From Octopus bimaculoides (taxonomy: Eukaryota): a DNA stretch of 64,000 nt. Positions within the stretch are counted from its first letter, which is position 1; each line of letters begins with the position of its first letter. The stretch lies in contig NC_068983.1 in the NCBI RefSeq assembly GCF_001194135.2, forward strand, positions 102,137,969 to 102,201,968. Direction: 5' to 3'. The notes under the pieces are model-generated. The model had not been told where the DNA came from. It searched no databases and was given only the letters and a program-made list of their open reading frames with translations. A program made the position numbers and the translations under genes. This document shows positions 28,508-39,800 of this stretch, piece by piece.

Positions 28508-28734
28508 TTAATCCTTTAGCATTCAGATTATTGTCAAATGTAATGCTTATTTATTCATATTGTTTTTGAATTAATCATGCAGTATCTCACAGCTTCAAGA
28601 TTTTGATGATGGATTGTTTCTTTTAAGAATGACATTGTGGGGGTAGGTGTGAGAGGTCAGATCTGTCTGATTTGAAAATAAAACAAGTAGAATATTTGGG
28701 CTAAATGTGGCTGGTTTAAATGCTAAAAAGTTAA
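28508..28734 (+). mobile_element. piggyBac-like MITE copy
   Basis: Same body; TTAA at both ends. Confidence 0.78.
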
Positions 28735-29651
28735 AGCTTTATTAAACACATCACTGAAAACTAGTTCTATATTACTTTGTGTATTGAAAGGCAGGTTGAA
28801 TAGTCTTGTAACTGATGCAAAAGCATGTTTGTTTTGTATTTTTTTAAAAGCTTGGTGAGGAGAATGGATTGTTTATAATTTTCACAGCCTCTTGAAAACA
28901 ATGAAATCAATGCAGTTTATGTTCAACTGTGCTGTAAGTTGACATCTAGAAAAATGTGGGTAGGGAGAGGAAGGATGGTTATTTTTAAGTAACATTCATG
29001 AAATTTGGTAAAAGCAAAGCAAATTGAGCTTGAATAAATGAAGATGAGATTCAAAATGCAATTTTTCATCTTCCTTTTGATACACAATGGCTGTGAGCTG
29101 ATGGCCTACATGGTCATACATTCATACTTCTATCTATTACAAGACAAATATCTAATTCTTTTTTGTATTATACAAGAGAGTAGATGAGTTAGAGTTCCTG
29201 TAAGTAGCATAGATTGAATTCTGGTGTGGTATTCTCAGTATAAATAGTATGTTGTCTCTATATCCCCCCCACTCCCTAAACTTGGGAACCAGGATTCTGT
29301 TTGGGGTAGTAGATATATTCCAACTGTACCCGTTAACTTTGCTGAATCACTTAACCCAATTGTTATGTCAAAATATTCTTCCCTATCTGAACAGGGTCAC
29401 AGTTTGTCTCCGTATTCTATTATGGTGCCCTGAGCCGCTTATATAACTATTTCCTCTCTAGTCAAGTCTGAGTTACTTTTAGCGAATAAGGGTGCCTTGT
29501 TCAAAACTACTGGATTTATTAAGGGGTAATAGTTCAATATATCCAGTTTTATAAATTTAGCCTGCTTTTTATTCTCTAAGTTATTAAACCATGTAATTAC
29601 CTCTGTAGTTAGACCATAATCTGAGTTTACTCATACATTTTAATTTTGGTA

Positions 29652-30013
29652 TTATTATCTCCGGCCTTAGCGAAGGCAGAGGTATTGTTTTCAGTTGTAT
29701 TTGTTTGTCTGTGGACAAGATATCTCAAAAACTACGGGATGAATTTGGATGAAACTTTCAGGGATGTTTGGCCTTGTGACTGGCATGAACTGATTAGATT
29801 TTGGTTCTCCAAACATGGCATATCAACATGGACTTGCAGTTCATCGTAGACCCTTATTCTTGTATTATGTATATTACCAGCTACATGAAAAGCGAAAGGG
29901 CTATGAGTGAGCTGCTGAAAAAGGTGGTAGAAGGAAACAGAGGAGAGGACTTGAAATCAAAACTGAGAAAAGTCAGGTCATCATTCTTGAACAACAGGGA
30001 GGTCAGCATCTAG
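29652..30013 (+). mobile_element. Helentron (Helitron2) fragment: terminal hairpin region joined to a Rep-domain piece
   Basis: TTATCTCCG-GCCTT-AGCG-AAGGC-AGAGG start resembles HINE/DINE-1-type ends; WHINMDLQFIVDPYSCIMYITSYMKSERAMSELLKK...FLNNREVS resembles the Helentron Rep C-terminal part. Confidence 0.7.
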
Positions 30014-30381
30014 GATCTTCTCTTTCTATCTTATATACGCTAGTTAAATACAATCCAATCTATTTATCATTCACTCTATGCTGAATTGTGGTACAGCATG
30101 GGCAGATTACTGAAATCCAACGAACATTTATGCAGATATAACAGTTTAAAGGATAAGCCTATTATAATGGATAATACTAAGTGGACTTTTCCTTTTTCTC
30201 TTTCTTTTTTCTTTGTGATGTAATCTTGGGACTGAAAATGTTTGCGGCTGAAGATAACTTTAAACCATCCTTTATATCAACAATATATACTGATGTAATG
30301 ACAGTTTGTGTATAAAGCTTGAAACATGTGTACCGCGATATCCTTTGTGTTCTGTTTTCAATTTACGTTTATATATATATA

Positions 30382-31139
30382 AGCATCAGTTGTGGTGTGC
30401 AAGAGAGACGATTGCGCTGGTATGGACATGTGGTGNNNNNNNNNNNNNNNNNNNNNNNNNNNNNNNNNNNNNNNNNNNNNNNNNNNNNNNNNNNNNNNNN
30501 NNNNNNNNNNNNNNNNNNNNNNNNNNNNNNNNNNNNNNNNNNNNNNNNNNNNNNNNNNNNNNNNNNNNNNNNNNNNNNNNNNNNNNNNNNNNNNNNNNNN
30601 NNNNNNNNNNNNNNNNNNNNNNNNNNNNNNNNNNNNNNNNNNNNNNNNNNNNNNNNNNNNNNNNNNNNNNNNNNNNNNNNNNNNNNNNNNNNNNNNNNNN
30701 NNNNNNNNNNNNNNNNNNNNNNNNNNNNNNNNNNNNNNNNNNNNNNNNNNNNNNNNNNNNNGCCAGTGCCCCTGGACTGGCTCTTGTGCGGGTGGCACAT
30801 GAGATGCACCATTTTGAGCGTGGCCGTTGCCAGTACCGCCTGACTGGCTCCCGTAGGATTTTCGAGTGAGATCGTTGCCAGTGCCCCTGGACTGGCTTGT
30901 GCAGGTGGCACATAAAAGACACCATTTCGAGCGTGGCCGTTTTCGTGCGGGTGACACGTAAAAGCACCCACTACACTCTCTGAGTGGTTGGCGTTAGGAA
31001 GGGCATCCAGCTGTAGAAACTCTGCCAAATTAGATTGGAGCCTGGTGTTGCCATCCAGTTTCACCAGTCCTCAGTCAAATCGTCCAACCCATGCTAGCAT
31101 GGAAAGCGGACGTTAAACGATGATGATGATGATGATGAT
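30382..31139 (+). mobile_element. Young 5'-truncated RTE LINE with 3'UTR and (GAT)n tail, spanning a gap
   Basis: 30382-30435 matches the RTE ORF at about 47039-47092; after the gap come the 3'UTR repeats and a GAT tail. Confidence 0.8.
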
Positions 31140-31613
31140 ATATCATCCTATTCATTTAATGTCCGTTTTCCATGCTGGCATGAGTTGAACAGTTTGTTAG
31201 GAGCTGGCTAGGCAGAAGATTGCACTTGGCTTCGACACCTATATACATATATATATGTAAACATAAAGACATGGACACAATTAAAAAATGGGTATATAGT
31301 GTGTACTCAAAATTCCACTTCTGCTTTAGAAGAATCTGCTCAAGTTATCATGTAGTGGAACTGAATTTAGAATCATGTTGTGAAGCAAACTTACTTTTTA
31401 ACCATACAGCCATGCCTATATATATATTGTGAATTCAGTTCTGGAGGGCATCCCAAAATGTTGTCTGCTTTTCTCTTGTATATTAAATAGATTATGTTTA
31501 AACTCTTTTTTCATGAAAAGATGATGTTTTTCAAAAGTTCAATGTAAAGATAGATATATGTAATATCTTCCAAACTTTCAGGAGAAAGACAATTGGATGT
31601 CAAGAATAACTTA

Positions 31614-31736
31614 CTATGAAACTGTTCTAAGAAGATTGCTAAGAGTTATTCCAAAGAACATCACAGCTCCAAGTTTTGCATTTGACAAGAATTTCTTAGC
31701 ACAGTCTGCTGGGTTATTCAAATCTACAGAATAAAT
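31614..31736 (-). CDS. COQ2: COQ2 exon 7 ([40 protein letters not shown])
   Basis: ttccttccag| acceptor; TAG stop followed by TAA. Confidence 0.92.
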   Translation of the reverse strand: MYSVDLNNPADCAKKFLSNAKLGAVMFFGITLSNLLRTVS

Positions 31737-34700
31737 CTGGAAGGAAAAATGACAATAATTATCCAGTAGATAATGAATATAAAATTAATTGACTAAATTG
31801 ATTTAAACAAAAAATGAAGCAAAAACAAACAAAAATCAAAAAATCTACATCAAAAGTGGAATAAAAAGTAATTATGAAAACAAACTGAATCATTTTTGTT
31901 AAGTAATAAAAGGTTTTCTGAAATTTGACATATCATGTCTTAAGGCACTATTGTAATCTATGATCAATGCCATTGATTATAACCAATCACTACCATCATT
32001 ACAATAAATATACTCTACAATCAGAACACAGAAAAATATTTCTCTACACATTGATCAATTACAACTACAGCTATTGATAAATTGGATCATAATCAATCCA
32101 GTATGAAAGGATCATAAAATATGTCAATGTGTCATGAAGCAGTTTAGTCCTGGATAAGAATCTATACTTAGTCTTGCACTCATATATATATTGAGGTAAT
32201 AAATCTTCATGGTTTTGGTGTATCTAAGACATGTTGCATGGAGGCACATGGCCTAGTGGTTAGAGCAGTGAACTTGTGGTTGAGGGATCATGGGTTTGAA
32301 TCTCAGACTAGGCAATGTGTGTGTTTATGAGCGAAACACCTAAGTTCCATGTGGCTCCAGCAGAAGGTAATGGCAAATTTCTGCTGACTCTTTCGCCACA
32401 ACTTTCTCTCACTCTTTCCTCCTGCATTTAACTGCTCATCTGAGATGGACCAGCATCCCATCCAAGTGGGGAACCTATATGCCTATGAAACTGGCCTTTA
32501 TGAGCCAGGCATGGCTTGAGAAAGATCAAACAACAACAAACAAGACATGTTGCAGAAAGAGAGTTGTGGAAGGAGGGAAAGTGAATGATTGCATCAGTAT
32601 AACAACAGACATCCATCCAAAATCAATGGCCCCAGAAGGCTGTAAGATTATATTGCAAGAGATGCAACCCTTCACTCTCCCAGTCATTACTCAATTGATC
32701 TGATTTTGTATTTGAGCTTGACTGTCATTATGTAGTGTTTCAATAAGTAGATATCTTAGTGGCATTTATTTCCTCCCAAGGAAATGTCAGCTATTGACAA
32801 TCCTAGAGAGTGATTACACTTCTTCACCCAGTGGGGGAATGGCAATAGCTACTTTCATTACCAAAATAATTTGTGTACTAGGTTACATAGAATTTACAGC
32901 AGGTAGAACCTGACAGCCACTGATTCACACTCTATCACTGGCACTGCATTGAGTTAGTAGCAAAGATACATAAAATCTCAAGTGATCAACTTATTGTAAA
33001 ACCACTAAATGTTTCATAAGGTGCTTTAAAACAAAAGGGATAAAGCATACCAAATGAACTTACCCCAGATATACTATATAAAGATTAAATGTTCAGTGGT
33101 GCCCTTGAATTCCAGTTGAATATAGAGGACTAATATCATTAGCATATTTCTGAATGGGTGGCTAATCATAAAGACTGTCTTGCCCATAGTAAACTTTCTA
33201 GTGGAAAGGGGAACATAGTTTTTTATTGAGAGAGGAGACATTGTTTTACTAGGTCAACATTCTTGATCATATTTCAATCTAACTACTACTTATTTATTTA
33301 CATTCACACATGCAATAATATGTCTCCAATGAAATAAAGAATTAACCTGAGTTTTACTATGTGCATTATCATATGAAGTAACATTTTTCTTACTTGGTTT
33401 GCCACATGCAGCATAGTAAAGGCAAGTGCTGTATAATAAGGCCATATCTGATCACACATATAACCTGATAAAGCCAGGTTACCAAACATAAACACACTTG
33501 AGCCTGCTAACCATAGCTTAGTTTGGTCACCAAATTTTAATGCTGTTGATTTCACTCCAATCCTCATATCATCTGATTTGTCCTGATTAAGTAAAGAAAC
33601 AAAGCATAAAACATTTTCTATTGGATTTATCAAATTCTTCTTTGTAACTGATTTCTAACACAGGCAAAAAAATTCATCTTTAGTTCAACTTTACGATGAA
33701 AGTAAACAAACAAAGTTTGTTCTTTTTTAGAAGCGTTGAGATGTATTGTAAGATACAGAAATAAATTTATTTCTCAAATGCGTGATAATGCTATAAATAG
33801 CGTGATCAGGATAAATTATCCATTTATTGCAGAGAAATACGCTACTGGCCAGCCATGAGACTCGAACTCACATCTCTGTGATTACGTGTCAAGTGTTTTA
33901 CCATTAAACTAAACTGCCCAGCAATGAATTCTTCTGCAATTTTAGAACTTATAAATTTAATGGTAAAACACTTGACACGTAATCACAGAGATGTGAGTTT
34001 GAGTCTCATGGCTGGCCAGAAGCGTATTTTTCTGCAATAAATGGATAATTTATCCTGATCACGCTATTTATAGCATTATCACGCGTTTGAGAAATAAATT
34101 TGTTTCTGTTCATAAGTTAGTGTAAGAATATACAGATACGGTCAATTAAGATGAACCCCATTTCTTGACAGTTAATTATTTTATCGTATCTAGAAGGTTG
34201 AAAGGCAATATATATATATATATACATACACAAGAAAGTATTGGTGATAAGAGCTTTCCAGCTGTACAAAAAACTGCTTCAAAAAGGGTCTTATGGCAAC
34301 CTATGCCACCCTGTATCCATGTGCTGATATGGAGTGTCAACTAAAGGGTTGAGTTAATGAAATTATTGCCTGGGAAAGTTATTCCTGTTAATTTTACACC
34401 TAAACATGTATCAAATTACAAATTGATAACACAAAATTGCATTGAGTACTTTTATGATTTTGTGCCACAAAAAAACTATATTTATATATATGCGGAAGTG
34501 TGGCTGTGAAGTAAGAAGTTTGCTTCCCAAGCATGTGTCCAAGTTCAGTCTCACTGTGTAATATCTAGGAATAGTGTCTTCTACTATAGTCTCAGGCTGA
34601 TCAAAGCCTTGTGAGTGGATTTGGTGGACAGTAACTGAAGGAAGCTCATCATATACATGTATGTGTGTGTGTGTGTGTGCTTGTGCCTGTATGCTATTGT

Positions 34701-36759
34701 CTCTGGCCTTGATATCACTTGATAGTTGTAAATGGGCATTACTATCATGCAAGAAATGACTTTTGTTTCCAATATTCTGTGTAAACATGTCTGGTTATGG
34801 GGAAATATTACCTTATTTGGAAACTGGTGAGGGCTGGCATCTGGCCATAGAAAATCCCCCTCAACAAAGTCTGTGTGACCCATGCAAACATGGAAAATTC
34901 GATACTGTGAAGGTGTGATTGTTTAATTAAAGTGTTCACTTTACAAGCAATTAGTTCTGGGTTCAATCCTACTGAATGGCACTTTTGGCAAGAGTAGTCT
35001 TGGGTTGACCAATACCTTGTGAGTGAAGTTTCATAACTGGAAACCTATCAAATAAGTGTATAATGCATTTGTGCATCATACACGTTAACTGGTGTTGTGG
35101 TCTGTAACTTAGTAGTTTGACAAATAGATATGATAAAACTGTGACCTGACTTTTCGTCTGATGTCACTTTGTCCAACTTCCTTTTGTCCGATGAGTTTAT
35201 TTAAAATTGGACAAAATAATCATCAGACAAAAAGATGTGGACGAAGAGACGTTGAAAGGAGTGATGCTGGATGAAGAGACATAGCACCAAAAAAACAAGC
35301 GTCAGATTGGAATAAATATTGGGGCTGATGTGATCAACTAATTTCTTGAAGGCAATGTACTTTGCATTGCTACAGACCAATGAACTGAAATCAAATTGTG
35401 TCTGTGTGGTAAGAAGTTTGCTTCTCAACCAAGATTCCAAGTTCAATCCCACTACATGGCACTGTGGGCAAATGTCTTCTACTACAGTACTGGGCTGACC
35501 AATGCTTTTTTTAATAGATGTGTGTATCTTTGTGTTTGTCCCCCACCACTGCTTGACAACTGGTGTTGGTTTGTTTATGACCCTCAACTTAGCAGTTTGG
35601 TAAGTATCAAGCTTAAGGGAAAAAAAAAAGTACTGGAGTTGATTAGTTTGATTAAACCTTTCAAGGCAGTACCCCAGCATGGCCACAGTCAAGTGACTGA
35701 AACAAGATAAAAAGATATATAAGCATATATATAAGTATCCTGAGAATGACATTGCTGGCATTTATCCAGTGATTTAAAAAAATTACAGACATGTACTTGC
35801 ACATCAAGTGACTTCATCTGAGATCGTGTGCTGAAACAAAAACAATTGCAGCATGGGAGATGTTTGTAAGCCATTCAAGATCACACAAAAACAATCAGTT
35901 TCACTTCAACATTTAAATTTCATTTGTGTCAAAATATTTTTGTTGCTTTGAAACTGCAACCTGTTCACTGGCAAAAGTTCACGAAAATGATGCAGCACGA
36001 AGTTTTGTCAGTGATCAGGTTGCAGTTTTAAAGCGACGGTTGGGGGAGGGGTAAAAATTTAGATTACAATTTCCAGACGGTCAACCCTTTAATAATTGCT
36101 TTCTTTAAGTACTTTTAGTAATTGTTACATACCTAATTAACAAGCAGCTTTCTTCATTATAGTATATGTGTGTGTGTGTTATATTGATTCTTGTTCTCTG
36201 TCACTTCAACACCATCTCTCTCTCCTGCACTCTTGCTATCCTCCAATCTCTCTTTCTCTAACTCCTCCCTCTGGCTGGGTAACCATGTATCTCCTCTACA
36301 GCAGCACACCTGTGTCTTCCCTCATTTTTGATCACTCACTCTCTGGCTGGGTAACCATATACCGCCTCAACAGCATGACACCTGTTTCTGTCTCTGTTAC
36401 ACTCTAACCTTTCATCATCTGGCACAAGATTACCTCCTCCAAAGCCTCCTTACCTCTTAAAGGATCTTAATCTTGCAAGTTACTTGGTGACCCTGCCAGT
36501 GCTGGTGCCACATAAAAAGCATCCAGTCCACACTGTAAAGTGGTTGGCACTTGGAAAGACATCCAGCTGTAAAAATCATGCCAAAACTGACCTTGCCTGT
36601 GCTGGTGCCACATAAAAAGAACTCCGTCTACTCTGAGGGATGGTTGGTGTTAGGAAGGGCATCTAGCTGTAAAAACCATGCCAAAACAGAAACAGAAGTC
36701 TGATGCAGTCTTCTGTCCAACCCATGCCAACATAGAAAGCAGATGTTAAATGATGATGA

Positions 36760-36812
<53 letters not shown>

Positions 36813-39800
36813 TGAAAAGCTTACCTGGTGAGCATAAATAGTATCATATATAAGAGTCCAAGTAATACAGCTTAAATACAAAGGGAGAACAACTGACCAG
36901 TCACATGAACCTCTCACTGCTGACCAACCTAACAGAGCACCGTAGTTGAATGTTAATCCTTAAATAGAAAACATATTGACAATCTATTAATTCATGTGTT
37001 CATATATGTCTCTGTTTGTTATATATGTACTCAGTTACAAAGTTGTAATGACAAAAATATTATCATCCTAGTAACAGAATGGAATAACAATTTAGCTTTC
37101 TGACGTGTGTGTGCACATGTGTATGTGTGTGTTTGTGTATATATATATATTTATATATACACACACATATATATATAAGTGAAAAGGCAAATAAAAAAAA
37201 CAAGCTACCACTTGACAAGTCACCTGAGGAGACACACCTGCATTTACAATGCACCACAATTGTTTATATAGCATCTCACCTGTGAGATACCAGCATATGA
37301 TGGATCGAAATGTCCTGTGAATTACATTTTCTTTTTCTCATATATATATGATACATAGACAGATAGACTGATACATACACTAACTACTACTCTTCAGTCT
37401 TACTATTTAGCTACCTCTTGCTATCCACCACTCTCTCATGTTGGAGCCATGATAAAAGGTATCTGATACATTGTGTAAATTGTGGAGAGAGTTAAGAGAA
37501 CCATTCAGTCTTGTTTGTGATATAATAACCTCCCTGGTACTGATGCCATGAAAAACTGCATTCATTACATTCTGTGAAGTGGCTGGAGTTAAGCAGGACA
37601 TCCAGTCAGAGAAACTAAGGCAAAAATTAAACTTAGAAGAGAGATGTAACCTGACTCATTAAAGATAGCAGCAACGACCTGTCTAGCTTATGGCAGCATG
37701 GTTAACAAATGCAAAATGATGATGTATACATACAAACACACGTATATAAATATATATAAACTGTGAACAAGCCCTACATTAAATGAAAAAGGTTCTACTA
37801 TAATCAGGAGATGTTACAGACTGCAACAAAGAAGACTCATCAAAGATGGCAGTAAATGTATGTAAATATTAAAAAAGTCAAAAACATACAGAGTAGAAAA
37901 TCCTGGCAGACAATCTCTAATGCCGATAGCATAGGACGCCTTCAATTGTAAAAATCATGCCACAAAAGGATGAAATGAAAACAGTGTGGATGAAGTCTGC
38001 AAGCCACAGCAAAGGCTATCTGTTTAGGAGGTAGTAGCGCTAAATAAAAACTGACACATAGTAGAGATTACTCTTTAGTTTTGCTACAACAATCTCATTA
38101 ATGTTGGCGGCACAAAAAACATAGTCCATGCTGTAAAATAGTTGGCAATAGAAAGACATCAATGCATAAAGACATTTCTCCCTCATGCCTCACATAACAG
38201 AGACTGGTGGTTTTGTATTAGAATAAAGAAGAACCACCACATATGGTGAGGTGCAGCACTGGAACAGATCCATTCCAGCCAATGCAAGCATGAAAAAACA
38301 GATGTTGATGATGATAGCGATATAATTAGGTGATTGTCAGATGGAGAAGACTCATTGGCTTGATAAGCTACAGAATGTCAGAGAAGACTGGTGATTGTAG
38401 AAAGCACCCAATTTCCAAGCAGATTCAATTTACACTAGGACAGACATATGAATAGGAATACAGACACACTAAAAACAAAAGGAAGAAAAAACAAAAAAAC
38501 TTGGCAGCACCAAAACGGTCGTACTAGTCTGGCATAAGGCTGAGATAAATCAAAAAATAAAATTATACAGAATTAATCTTGGTATCATGTAACACTTGCA
38601 CATGAAGAACAAAGATACAATTTATTGCAACAGTATCTTTTCTTTTTTTTTTTACTTGTTACAGTCATTGGATTGCAGCAATGCTGCAGGAATACCACTT
38701 TGAAGGGGTTTTAGTGAAACAAATCAACCTCTACTTATTTTTAAAGTTTGGTACTTATTTTATTGGTCTATTAGTAATAGGAACCAATGTTTCATTCAGC
38801 AGTTTCCAGTAAAAGCTTTCCTGGTAGATATAAATAGTTCCATAAATAAGAGATGAATTGATTTAGCACAAACACAGAAAGGAGAACTGGTGGCTCCCTT
38901 GCTATTGACAAACTTAGAAAAAATTCAAAGTAAAATAATAGAACAAGCATTAAAATATACTTACCCAGTACAATCTGTGGCCAATAGGTAAAACGTTTAG
39001 CTAGTGGATATGTTGTTACAAACAGCATTGAAGTTGTTCCCAGAATAACACTGAATAGAAAAATGAAATTAACAGCAAACTCAATAGTACATGTGACACA
39101 AGCACTTTAGTATTATTAACCCTTTAGTGTTCAGATTATTCTATCAAACATAATGCTTATTGATTCACATTGATTTGAATTAAGCATGCATTATCTCATA
39201 TCTTCAAGATCTTGATGGTGTAAGTACTTAATGTAGAATAACATTGTAGTGTAGGTGTGAGAGCTTGGATCTGGTCAGTTTGAACATAAAACAGATTAAA
39301 CATTTCGGCCGGATATGGCCGGTTTAAATACTAAAGGGTTATTCTGACACAACATGTGAAGCAAGCATTGTTTATTTAAATAGAATTAAAATGAACACTA
39401 TGGAATGCTTATTATCTGATAAATATACATGTTTAGTGAAATTTCAGATAATGATTGAATTCAAAGTTCACTAAAAATAGAGATTTAAGTACCATATTTA
39501 TATTTTTATTACTGAAGATGTGGCTGAGTGGTAAGAAGTGTACTTCTCAACCATATGGTTTAGGGTTCAGTCCAACTGTGTGGCACTTAGGGCAAGTGTC
39601 TTCTACTATAGTCCCAGGCTGACTCAAGCCCTGTGAGTGAATTTGGTAGATGGAAGTGGTAAGAAAAGTGTTGTACATATATGTATTATATGTGTATGTA
39701 TGCATTACTGTCTTCTTGCCATGACACCATGTGATAGTTGTAAACAATTGTCACTATCATACAAGCAGTGTCTTTAATTTCCAGTCTTTGGAAACAGGTG

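Noticed and set aside
33846-33919. Functional tRNA-Thr gene
   Set aside because: Mismatch in the acceptor stem, bulged anticodon stem, CA instead of CT in the loop, and it is duplicated as part of a foldback; kept only as tRNA-like.
35201-35761. 186-aa minus-strand ORF
   Set aside because: Built from SINE head and body sequence seen many times in the window; no protein-like features.
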